64,000 nucleotides of DNA from Chlorokybus atmophyticus (lineage: Eukaryota > Plantae > Mesostigma and Chlorokybus algae), in the NCBI GenBank assembly GCA_009103225.1, contig RHPI01000385.1:402493-466492 (forward strand), read 5' to 3'. The position numbers and the translations under genes are program-made. Positions 37,924-49,645 of the stretch are shown piece after piece. The notes under the pieces were generated by a model that was not told the origin of the DNA, made no database searches, and worked only from the letters and a program-made list of their open reading frames with translations. The first letter of the stretch is position 1; each line of letters opens with the position of its first letter.

Positions 37924-40201
37924 TGAGCTTGGGTGGAGAAGCCAAAGTGGTTGCGGGATAACCGAGGTGCGCGCTGTGTGCGTGCGTGCGCGCACATGTG
38001 GAATTGTGCGGTGCATCGTGGTTCTTTGACATGGACTTGGAGAAGAGGTGTTGCTTGTCGTGATGTGTGCGTGCGTGAGTGTGAGTGTGTGGGTGTGGGT
38101 GTGGATGTGGAAAAGCGCGCTTTTGGGTCTGCGTACGTGCATGCGCACGTGTATGTGTCCCCACATGTGCGTGTGCCGCAATATGTTCACTGTGCGTCTA
38201 TTGCAGTTTAGAGGGCGCGACGGTGCAGGAGGCGGTCGCGGCGGCCCTTGCCCAGGTGCCGAACCCGACAGGCGACCGCGACATCGAGCGTCTGAACCGC
38301 GTGCGTCGGGCGCTCTCCGAACTCGGCGGCAACTCCACCGCTTTCTCGCTCAGGCAGCCGCACCTCGATCGCACGCACCTGTGCGAACTAGAGGACTCGG
38401 CGCTGGATCCGGTGCGTGAGAGATGTTGTCATGTGTCGCGTGTGGGATGCAATGACATGATGGGCATGTGTGTGGGTGTTGATGCACATACGCGTGTGTG
38501 TATGGGTGCGTGTGCGCGCATGTGCATGCGTGTAGGCATGAGTGCGCGCATGCCTGTGCTTGCGTGTGTCTCTGTGCCCACGCGAGTGCACGCTTGTGCC
38601 TGTGTGTGCGTGGATATGCGTGTGCGCTTGTGGTTTGTGGTTCTGGCACGCGTGCATGCGCACACACATGCACACACATAGCTGTAAGTACTCGTCTGTA
38701 GTTCAATCAACAGCATGCAAATCTACCTTCGTACAGGAGTGGCGTGCGGGTAGGGAGAAGTTGAAGGAGATCGTCTCCACCCTCGCCTCCCAATCTCCCC
38801 GCGAGCAGAGCGGTCCAGTCCTCGCGCGCATGATCGAGCGCACGGTGGCGGCCCTCAACCAGGGCGACATCCCCACGACGGGCTCCGTGATCGACGCGTT
38901 CAACAGGGAGGCGCTCGAGCGCGCCGTCGCGCAGCATAAGGCAGCAGTGAGAGCCATTAACCTACCGCTAGGGGAGGGATTGTTGTATCAATCGCATCAG
39001 GCTGCCGCAGCAGCAGGCGTGAGCAGGTTGGTATGTGAGTGTGTGCGTGCGTGTGTGTATGTGCGTGTGCGTGTGTGTGTGTGTGCGTGTGCGTGCACGT
39101 GCGGATGTTTGCGTGAGTGCATGCTGTCGTTGAATCAATCTCATGAGGCCTCTGCCATGTGCAGGTTTCTCCGCGAACGCGTTGGACACAGCGAGGAGGC
39201 CGTGCGGCTTCTCGACGAGGTGCGCGCTCGCATGGACGAGGAGTATGCCAACCGCAAGGAGGCCAATGCGCACGAGTCGGCGCGACGATGCGAGGCGCTC
39301 TTCGTGGAATGCGAGGACGCCCTCGATAAAGTCGCTGCCGCACGCCTGCCGTCCACGCGAAGGCTCGAAGCAAGCTTCGCACGCTGCAACACGTCGTACC
39401 ACACACTGTGTATAGGTGAGTGCAGTGTGTTAAATCTGTTTTGTAGTGGCATATTTGGTGGCATACCGGCTGTGTAACAACATCTAGTGAAGCTTACTTC
39501 AGTGTGCTTTCACTCGCTTTGCATGCGCTCAAGAGACTGCAGTACGCACACAAGTACACATGTGCGTGCCTGTGCGAGACATGCTCACATGCCAACATGT
39601 TGAGTACTAGTACACAACCAGTCAGTTCTCACCGAGGCGCACTCAGGTTTCGATACAGATGCACACGAGTACATCTTTTGATGAGCACACCCAACAAGCA
39701 CACACCGTTACTGTTGTGTTCCAAACAGGTCCCGCGCACGACCAGTACGTTGCGCGCATGGACAAGATGTGGTCCAAGGAGCGCTCCCGTTTCCTTCAAG
39801 GTTACAACCAACGCATCTCCGACGGGTTAGTCGTTGCCTCCCTCATCTTCGCTCTTATCGCCCGCTTCATCCTGCGCGTGGGCTTCCTCGAACTCCTCGC
39901 GTGGGCCGCCTTCGCCGCGTTGGAACTGTCCCCGCGCCTCGCGTTAGTAACATCTCATACGGAACCGTACTATGACTCGCTGCCTTGGCGAGTTGTGGTT
40001 GGAGTGTGGGAGGCTGCAGTGTTCAATCCCGTGTTGGATTTGGAGAGGCATGGGGTGCTGTTGCTGTGGGGAGCGGCGGTGGTGTATGTGGGAGTGAGGT
40101 TTAGGAGGGTGTGGGCGAGGTGCGTCGGGTGGAGGGCGAACAGGAATAGGAAGGAGAGGGCGAAACAACTGCCGCAAGGGGCAAGAGATCTAGAGGTGTA
40201 G
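36232..40201 (+). CDS. GBPL: Guanylate-binding-protein/atlastin-like GTPase (At2g38840-type GBPL) with an N-terminal signal-like segment and C-terminal TM helices
   Basis: P-loop GPYRS|GKSFLLNQ, GFGVGHMRDTKTKG, YLDTEGFES, LIYNLPE-like VYNLPEAVREAD, WLIQRD, NSTAFSLRQPHLDRT, GDIPTTGSVIDAFN, C-terminal ILRVGFLELLAWAAF and VFNPVLDLERH. Confidence 0.93.
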
Positions 40202-40758
40202 AGTAGACGTCTATGAGAAATATAATGAGAGGTGTGATTTGTAATGTTGTGATGTTGCATTTTTTTGCAAGTGCATGTGCATGCGTGTGCACGCTCACGC
40301 ACACACAGCACATGCGCATGTGTTTGCATGTGTGTACAGGATATGCTGGCAGTAGTTGGAGACATGCATGACCTCACTCACAGCATGGCAAACAGCAAGC
40401 ACATTACAACACAACCACCGGGCTATACACACGTTTTGTTCCTCACTACACTACACTAGTCTAGATGTCCCCGTTAGGCATGCATACATGCGTATCAGTA
40501 GTGCATTACCTGCTCATGGGTTTTGTGTGTGTGAGTGTAGCCACATGTCAATATGCTCCTCATGCAACACGACAGACAGGTATTGCGACTTCTAGTGCTT
40601 GCAACAGCTTCATCACGTAGTTTAAGTCGTGTCACATGGCATAAATAACCATTTTCCTTGTGCAAGTGCATTGCGTCTGGACAATCCCACATGTGCATGC
40701 ACACCAATGCACGAGCGCACACACCTCTCCTGGCAAAGCACGAGGGGGCCGGGGGGAG

Positions 40759-40961
40759 NNNNNNNNNNNNNNNNNNNNNNNNNNNNNNNNNNNNNNNNNN
40801 NNNNNNNNNNNNNNNNNNNNNNNNNNNNNNNNNNNNNNNNNNNNNNNNNNNNNNNNNNNNNNNNNNNNNNNNNNNNNNNNNNNNNNNNNNNNNNNNNNNN
40901 NNNNNNNNNNNNNNNNNNNNNNNNNNNNNNNNNNNNNNNNNNNNNNNNNNNNNNNNNNNNN

Positions 40962-41004
<43 letters not shown>
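40759..41004. other. Assembly gap (40759-40961) followed by poly-G (40962-41004)
   Basis: Seen directly. Confidence 1.
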
Positions 41005-41005
<1 letters not shown>

Positions 41006-41404
41006 GCGGCCATATGTCAACTGAGCATAGGCCCAGCGGCACACCCCATGAGTGTATGCGTGTGCGCACTGCAGTAAGCGGAACATGGATCACACTGCTG
41101 TGCACACTGCTGCTCTGAGTACACCTTCTGAGGCTGTCTTACTAACACAACACCATCCGAGCACCTGGACGCAGCCGCTACGCTCAGGTCCTGCACAGCG
41201 TAGTCTAGATCTTATTGTACTGTGCCTGTCTTCAATCCGCAAGTCGAGGCGTGCGTGCATGTGCATTGTGGTATAGGGCAACCATCTATGTAAACTAAAG
41301 GCACAACACCACATGCCCCAAAAACCCATTTCCTCGTGTATCTGCAACAGTGCAGTGTCATGACACCCGCCATTGGACCTGATGCGCACCCAACAGCAAC
41401 CTCA

Positions 41405-42905
41405 TCATCGGTCATCACCGTTGTCTCCATGCGAAGGCTCCCACGGCGGCGGCACCACCTTTTGCGGCACTATATCTGCGCTCGATATAGGGAACACATG
41501 CTGATGGTTGGTGGTCAGCAGCTGCAGGTACGCATCACAAAGTGCTGACTGTGCTAGTATAACACACATACATACGACGTTATTCACATGCGTACATGCA
41601 GCAGGGTATGTTTGTGTGGAACAACAACCCATCGTCCTCCACACAGGAACATTGCATTGTTGAAAGAGAAACTGACCTTGCAAGAAGTTTAATGCATCGG
41701 TGGTGGCCACCAGCTTGGCTGGACGGCAGGAAGAAGCAGTTAATGCCACACACTGTACAAGCCAGCCATACTAGTCGGCAACACGATGTCCCACATCACA
41801 CGCAAAGACCACCCACGTGCGCGTGCGCGCAAACAGACACACACCGTCTAGGTCTGTGTATGGGGATGTATATGTGTGTGTGTGGCACCCATGCACAAGA
41901 ATGCTCGCATACGCGCGCGCACGCACGTCCCTATACAGAGTAGCACAGACCCACCCACCCAAGTCTTTGTATGTGAAGTTGCCGCGGTTCTCCGCCTTCA
42001 GCACGGCATCGCCTCTTGCCCCCATCGACTCCAGAAACAGATCCTGCATGTATTGCAACATGTTAGAAACGGCCAGTGGGTGCACCTGTTGATGGGTGTT
42101 GGCAGGTCAAGGTTCAGCCATCAAGTTAGTGAGTGACGCAATGCGTGTGCTTGACATGCCTTTGCTCATGTGCGGCGTGACAGAAGGTGAGCAGGTATGC
42201 AATACTATGTGCGCATTTGCAAAAGCCTGACAGCTAGCATGTGTGGTACACACAACCAGACTACTGCCCAAAGCTAGGTGGAAGCGGGTTGGTCAGTGCA
42301 ATGCGCACACATGTGTATGCGGATGGACGCGCGCACGCTCCTGTTTGTGTGCTAGCGTGTGCATGCGAGTCTGTTTGCAATCGCACGCATTGCATGACAT
42401 TTCGGCCCTTTCTCGCATCGCGTCGACTACGCAAGCAGCAGCAACACCACCGCCCACAACAACGACAGCAACGACAACACCAACACCAACATACTGCAGC
42501 CTTGGCGATGAGGTGCCATGCTTCTCCCGAGGCTTTGGTGACCAGGCCTTCCTGACGTATGAGCTTCTGCAGGCGGGAGAGGGGCAGGCCGACGTCGCTG
42601 GTGCTACGGCCTAGGAGGACAGGCGGCTGTGCAGGTGCACGCTGGTGGTTGCCGTTGTTGTCCTCCTCCTCCTCCTCCTCCTCCTTGTCGTTGTCCTTGT
42701 CGTTGTGTTCCTCCTTCTTCGCGTTAGCTGCATGCCTGTTGCTCAGCCTGGAGGAGGCGGACACAGCAGGCGGAGCGCTAGCTGTGTCCGTCTCATAGTT
42801 GTTCAGCCAGCCTGGGCTCTGCCGCGCCCTCCCGCTGCCTGCCGCCAGCTTGCACCACCACAGCAGCGACGACACTGACAGCAACGACGTCCACGAGGAC
42901 GACAA
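41405..42905 (-). CDS. H2A-like histone-fold protein, POLE4/DPB3 (CHRAC/NF-YC-like); start codon not found
   Basis: LPLSRLQKLIRQEGLVTKASGEAWHLIAKAA|DLFLESMG...NFTYKDL|AKLVATTDALNFLQ|DIVPQK...GDDR*, joined by phase-consistent GT-AG introns. Confidence 0.82.
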
Positions 42906-43069
42906 CCAAGTTGCTCGAGCACTAGCACACTACCCGCCGCCGACAACAACACCACCCACAGCAATCAACAGCAATCACACCACTAGCAACAACAGCAGCA
43001 GCACTAGCAACGACAAGAACAAGCAGGCGGCGGCGGCGGGGGTGGAAGAGGTGGTTGTTCGTCAGGGGC

Positions 43070-44202
43070 ATGGCTGAGGACGTTGATGGCTTCCTGCAGG
43101 CTTACGGGGAGAAGGCGGAGCTGAACCAGTACTGGTACTCCCCGCACACTATTGCCACGCTGGTTCAAGTGAGGCTTGCGATGAGTGAACTCCTTGGTTT
43201 ATCACGTATCACATGAATGTGGTTATAGGCAATGCGTTACGTACAATCAATCCGTATGGTCAATGAGCACAGTTCATAGTCAGCCTTTGCCTGTCAACCA
43301 TTGAGCCTACAAATCCACTGCTAAAGCTTGGTTGCGGCTTGCTGGTGGGCGTAGTGCTCAACACTTGCTCCTGTCAAGCTGCGTGATTGCCGAGTGGTAT
43401 GTAATGTAAACAATGCAAGCCTCTCTCAAACGCGTGTGCTGATGATGGTGATGATGATGATGACGCCGATGGCCGTCGCCGCGCAGGAGATCGAAGTGAA
43501 AGCCTCTGCAGCAGCGTTTCTGTCCACCCCAAGCCTGTACTTCTCCCTCAAAGACCAGAAGCTCCAACAAGCCAGCCGTGTGTTTGATGTAAGCAGAAAT
43601 TGTAATCGCAAGTGGAAGTGCGTGCATCTGCGCATGCAAGTGCGTGACTACGTGCGCGACTGGGTGCACTGTCTCACCAATGTATGGTTTTATGTGCAGC
43701 GCTGTTTACTGCGCAATGCATGCACGAATGTAATGCATGGTGTCCCTTGCCAAGGTGTGCTTATGAAGTGGATGTGTGGTGTGCAGTTTGATACACAGTG
43801 GGCGGGTGACCCCAATTTCGTGCTGTACGACTTCAACAAGCCGGAGGAGTTGGACGCGAGTCTGCACCACAGGTTCGATTACATTGTGATCGACCCGCCC
43901 TTCATCACGCCACAGTGCTGGCGCAACTACGCGCAGACTGCCAGGCTCCTAGCCAGCGAAACAGGCAAGTGTGAGGTGGTCGTTTGTTGTTAGCTGCGCT
44001 CGTCTCACTCAACTTACCTGCAGCCAATATTCTGCTTAGCACCATTGCGGAGAACGCCAATCTACTCCATGAGCTCCTCGCGGTGTCACCTTGCGAGTTC
44101 AAGCCGTCCATCCCGCACCTAGTGTATCAGTACTCAATGTACACGAACTATCCTGCGCTGCACTTGAACCAGCCAAACAAAGAGCTGCCTCCTGATGACT
44201 AG
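43070..44202 (+). CDS. EEF1AKMT1: EEF1A lysine methyltransferase 1 / N6AMT2-like protein
   Basis: MAEDVDGFLQAYGEKAELNQYWYSPHTIATL, AFLSTPSLYF, FD|FDTQW...FVLYDFNKP, DYIVIDPPFIT, FKPSIPHLVYQYSMYTNY. Confidence 0.88.
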
Positions 44203-45139
44203 TGCGAGCGAAGATCTGGCCGTTCCAAACAATACATGATTTTGGCAGCAATGCCAGTTAAGGTCCTGACCAAATGCCAGGGTTAGTATCTGCATGTCGG
44301 CACTGTATTGACAGGAAATATATATAGATGTACTGCACGTGCGTGAAGTAGGTTGCAGAAAAATCGACCCAGTTACAGGTTGGTTTCGCCAGCTGCTAGC
44401 TGCCTGCTTGCATTCGTTTTGACGTGTCATAAATCTGGATCAGTACTCACACTGGGCAGCAACAATGCACTGAAATCCATCGTCCTATATAAACTTGCAG
44501 CCTTCCTTTGAACAGCTGTGAATGGGCAGACACCTTGGGAAATAATTACCAAAACATCTACAGCACATACATGTTGGTCCGCAGTCCCAGGACTCCTTGA
44601 TCCATATTCGGTGTCATATACGTATGTGCATGCCTCGACTGTTGCATCTATCGCTAGCCACCTGCATGCACACCGCCCGGCGTCCTGGCACAGCACCCAC
44701 GCTGACACCCACGACATGCCACACACCGCACAGCACCCATGTGCACCACACTCCTCAGCTTACGGTGGTGGTGGTATGCATTGGCACTACGTTAACATAC
44801 TGCCCAACGAGCACGGCTGACCATGCCACAGCAAGCTAAACAATTGCAATATGACCATCCAACCAGGTACTGCCAGCCGATAAGCGGTTCTCAGTTGGCC
44901 CTTCTCACACTCAACCGAACTGTGTTCAGCTTGCACATTTGTTATAGCGCGTGAATTTGCAACAACCAATGCAGAACAGGGAATAAACATACAACCTCTA
45001 TTAAGACATACCAGTAAACCTGCAACCACATAACCCTGACATACAAGAGTACCCTTGTGTTCCCGCAATGCGCAAGCTGTTGTGCGTTTGATAACACGTC
45101 AAGAGGCAGCCAGGGCAGACAATGCCTGCCACCAACCTC

Positions 45140-47495
45140 TTATTGCTGGGCGCACTGAACTCTCGGCCCGGCACCAGCTTCATCATCCTCATCGTATGCT
45201 TCGCCACCACCAGATGTGGCCTTCCTCCTCATCTCAGCTTCAATGTCAACTTCGTGCAGAGAAACCTCCTCGACTTCATCCATGTCCATAGGCAACACCT
45301 GTGGCCTGGGAGGCAGCACTGTCTCCAAGGCCTGACAAGGCATAGAAAGTAATAAGTAGCCCCTCGTGTACACAGCTACATGCCTGAATGTTGAACACCC
45401 ACACCTCCCCGCCACCTTGCGCGCTCGCGTCTTCCCCCTCACCCCAACTCAAAAGAAATGCAAAGACAGCATAGCAACAGCATGCAGGACACTGGAAACG
45501 CTGTCACACATAAGGTACCAACTCACCTTGACTTGGGCATCTGCGAGCCTGTCAGGGAACTCAATTGTGAACTGCACATACAGCCTCCCCTTCTCGAACG
45601 GCCGCTCGCGCAGAGGCATACCCTCTTCTTCTACCGCCTTGACATCTCCTGCAGTCGGTTCACTTGGTGAGCATGCTGATCTGGTTGGAACAGACACTGG
45701 ATGCATACCACCTGTGCATGCAAACGACATGACACCTACCTGGTTTGACAACCTCGCCGGGTTGCGACTTGCAGAGCAAAATGCGTCCATCGAGGTGAGT
45801 GACGGGGAATGCATACCCACAGAGAGCTTCTGTGAGAGTCAACTTGTGCTCAATGAACAGGTCATCGCCCTTGCGCTTGAAGACCGGGTGCTCTTTCTGC
45901 TGCAGTACAAACACAATGTCGCCCGGCACTGTGTCCGGAGCCTCATCTGCTTCACCCGTAAATACCACCCGTTGTCCATGCGACATGCCCTTCTCAATGT
46001 GAACCTCCAGCACCTTGCGCTCCTGGACCACCTTGTTGCCCTTACACTGCGTGCAGCGATCCTTGTCGCTGATGGATCGCCCTGTGCCTCGGCAGACCTC
46101 GCAAACCTGCTGCATCTGCTGCAACATGCCAGGTCCGATCTGTCGGACCGTCACCTTCATGCCATGCCCTTGGCAGCTTGCACAATCCATGGTCTGACCC
46201 GACTTTGACCCCTTCCTGCAAGCACCCACAAAGGTCAGTTTCTGCTAGAGTGGAAAGGCATGTGCATGCATCCAACCCTGTCCAGCTGGCTGAAAGCCAC
46301 AATGCAGCAGTGAAAACAACCCACGTCGTGTATGACGATACATGTATGCCTGAACCCCGCTTCGTTTCTGTTTAAAATATATGATGGCAATGCAACAGTA
46401 GCATACCCGCTGCAACGATCACAGATAACATTCTTTGTCAATGACAATTTTCTTGAGGTGCCCTTGTATAAATCTTCAAGCGACACCTTCAATGCATGAA
46501 CAACATCTTCTCCTTTCCTGGGACCCCTCTGCCGCCTTGAGCCACCTGTTGTTAATCGCATGCATTGGTGAAAACCAACATAAAGCACTACAATGCAAGC
46601 CAATCTCAAAGCGTCCGCATGCATGTGTAGCCAGCAATTCGGACATGCGGACACCAGACGCCTTAGAAGGCCGCCTGAACACTGCCTACATATGCATGCA
46701 AACATATGCGCCAGTTGGCAAAGGACATGCGCCGCGCGTCCACAACAAGCGCATGAATTCTGCAAAGTCCGCAGAGCACTTGCACTTGTTGACAATGAGT
46801 GCTGATGACGGCTGGAGCACTGAGTGCAGAGACCAAAAGATGAGGACATGCACGCTAGCTGCAATGTGTAAAAAATGAGCGCTTCGCAACAAATCCATCA
46901 CAGCCTCAGCACTTGAGTGCCATGCCCAAGATGACCAAATTTGGAGAGGAAGGCAGTGCGCTGCCTGACATTGCCAAGCATGCGAATCGTGCCAAGCACG
47001 GCAAACAAGCAGCCGCGTTGGCCATACGACCAACCTCCAAAGCCACCACCAAATAGAGTGTCGAATATGTCCATGGGGTTGTGGAAGCCGCCTCCACCAC
47101 CCATGCCCTCTTTGAGCGCCTCCTCGCCATACTGATCATAGATCTCTCGCTTCTCGGGATCCGACAAGACCTCATATGCGTGGCTGATCTCCTTGAACTG
47201 CAGAGCAGCAATAAGCACCCATCAGAAGCAGCCGTGCAAGCAGCTGCAAGCTGATGATTATTGCGCACATGACCACGCCAATGTGCAAAAGAGTTCGGAA
47301 GCGTTGTGCGAAGCGTGCAAGCATGGGGCAGCGTGCGCCGACCTTTTCTGGATCGCCACCCTTGTCGGGATGGAATTTGATAGCAAGCTTTTTGTACGCC
47401 TTCTTCAACTCGTCGGGGGTCACATCCTTGGACACGCCGAGGACGTCATAGAACTTGGTGTCTTTGCTCTTGGGCGCCTGCCGCCGCCCGAACAT
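45140..47495 (-). CDS. DNAJA: Cytosolic type I DnaJ/Hsp40 (J2/J3, DNAJA-like), farnesylated
   Basis: J domain with HPD, G/F region, four CxxCxGxG-type zinc-finger repeats, C-terminal domain, and CaaX terminus CAQQ*. Confidence 0.97.
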
Positions 47496-48079
47496 GGCTG
47501 ACGACTACCTTGGTCGGACCACTGTGAAACAAACACCAGCCGCCCCTGCTTCAACCCAATCAGATCCTACCCAAGCCCCTCTCCCTGCCAGGAGGTGGCC
47601 TCACCAACCTGCCCAGCCACACAGCCGCCAAACAGGCTCCGCCCTCAAAAAACTACCCCAGAGTGTTGCTTCCTCAATGCGGCTCTACCAAGCAGCAGAC
47701 CCTCAACTGCGTCACCACGTCAACGCCACGGCGGCGGCGGCAACGTCCTTCCTGAACACCACCACCTTAACGATAGCGCTCTGCTTGCTGTAGTTGCAGC
47801 CAGCACGACGCTTCCAGCTCTCAACCCGATATCAACACTTTTGGCGTCCGACCCACTTCACAAGCGTCGGCAAATTTGGACCGCCGAGTTTGATGACTTA
47901 ATGTGGCTACAGTCGCTGTGATCGGCGACAGCAATTGCAATTGCTACATTGAGTTGGGAGTAGTGACTGAGGTGGGAGTAGTGCAGCCAACAAAGCGGAT
48001 ATCGACAGGGCAAGTGAAATGATAGCGGCGGCGTTAATGCGCGGGAAAAACCGGGGTTCGGTGGCCGCCTGCGCGACCC

Positions 48080-48160
48080 TTCCACACTGTTCCAGCGAGT
48101 TCCGGCGGCAACGGACCGACCGCCGCGGCCTGGCGGCCTCCAGTCGCGAAGCTTCCGAAC
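48080..48160 (-). promoter_or_regulatory. Candidate heat-shock elements upstream of DnaJ
   Basis: TTC at 48080, 48090 and 48100 (10-bp spacing, step-type HSE) and GAAgcTTC at 48148-48155, about 600 bp upstream of the DnaJ ATG. Confidence 0.3.
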
Positions 48161-48326
48161 TCGGCGCGAGCGCTGCACGGGAGTCGCGTGACGGCGACTC
48201 GCGTTACCTCCATAACAACCCCAATGCAACACTTGAATCGCTTGCAAAATGCATGACCCGCATGCAGCATCGAACATGCTGCTTTAGGTGCCCCCCCATT
48301 CCATGCAATCCCATGTACCATTCAAG

Positions 48327-48490
48327 TACCGCATTTGTGCAAACACAAACCCCCTTTACTAACAAAGCCCCCACCCTCCACTCAAATTCTGTATGGGGTG
48401 GTGAATCTGGGCTGCATCACAAGTGTAAGAGGGGGTAAAAACATAAAAAGCCCCCTTTTGCATCAAGTGAGAAGTTGTGATATGAGGAGA
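48327..48490. mobile_element. Truncated relative of the 30231-30432 MITE
   Basis: Begins taccgcatttg (TIR-like). Contains cccctttactaacaaagcccccaccct, similar to cccccttttacataagcccccacacct in the 30.3-kb element. Confidence 0.35.
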
Positions 48491-48492
48491 AT

Positions 48493-49645
48493 GGTGCGTG
48501 AGAGATGTTGTCATGTGTCGCGTGTGGGATGCAATGACATGATGGGCATGTGTGTGGGTGTTGATGCACATACGCGTGTGTGTATGGGTGCGTGTGCGCG
48601 CATGTGCATGCGTGTAGGCATGAGTGCGCGCATGCCTGTGCTTGCGTGTGTCTCTGTGCCCACGCGAGTGCACGCTTGTGCCTGTGTGTGCGTGGATATG
48701 CGTGTGCGCTTGTGGTTTGTGGTTCTGGCACGCGTGCATGCGCACACACATGCACACACATAGCTGTAAGTACTCGTCTGTAGTTCAATCAACAGCATGC
48801 AAATCTACCTTCGTACAGGAGTGGCGTGCGGGTAGGGAGAAGTTGAAGGAGATCGTCTCCACCCTCGCCTCCCAATCTCCCCGCGAGCAGAGCGGTCCAG
48901 TCCTCGCGCGCATGATCGAGCGCACGGTGGCGGCCCTCAACCAGGGCGACATCCCCACGACGGGCTCCGTGATCGACGCGTTCAACAGGGAGGCGCTCGA
49001 GCGCGCCGTCGCGCAGCATAAGGCAGCAGTGAGAGCCATTAACCTACCGCTAGGGGAGGGATTGTTGTATCAATCGCATCAGGCTGCCGCAGCAGCAGGC
49101 GTGAGCAGGTTGGTATGTGAGTGTGTGCGTGCGTGTGTGTATGTGCGTGTGCGTGTGTGTGTGTGTGCGTGTGCGTGCACGTGCGGATGTTTGCGTGAGT
49201 GCATGCTGTCGTTGAATCAATCTCATGAGGCCTCTGCCATGTGCAGGTTTCTCCGCGAACGCGTTGGACACAGCGAGGAGGCCGTGCGGCTTCTCGACGA
49301 GGTGCGCGCTCGCATGGACGAGGAGTATGCCAACCGCAAGGAGGCCAATGCGCACGAGTCGGCGCGACGATGCGAGGCGCTCTTCGTGGAATGCGAGGAC
49401 GCCCTCGATAAAGTCGCTGCCGCACGCCTGCCGTCCACGCGAAGGCTCGAAGCAAGCTTCGCACGCTGCAACACGTCGTACCACACACTGTGTATAGGTG
49501 AGTGCAGTGTGTTAAATCTGTTTTGTAGTGGCATATTTGGTGGCATACCGGCTGTGTAACAACATCTAGTGAAGCTTACTTCAGTGTGCTTTCACTCGCT
49601 TTGCATGCGCTCAAGAGACTGCAGTACGCACACAAGTACACATGT
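48493..49645 (+). repeat. 1153-bp apparently identical copy of GBPL internal segment 38411-39563, ending at a single N (49646)
   Basis: Constant offset of 10082. ORF translations are identical (e.g. 38542-39477 vs 48624-49559). It contains two GBPL exons plus intron sequence. Confidence 0.95.

Noticed and set aside
43947-43975. Apparent GC donor (acag|gcaagt) in the EEF1AKMT1-like gene
   Set aside because: A canonical GT donor a few bases downstream (aagt|gtgagg) has the same phase and keeps the frame, so a GC-AG intron is not required.
48624-49559. Second GBPL gene
   Set aside because: It is only an internal fragment with no start, P-loop or C-terminus, identical to the main gene and bounded by an N. 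Treated as a duplication or artefact.
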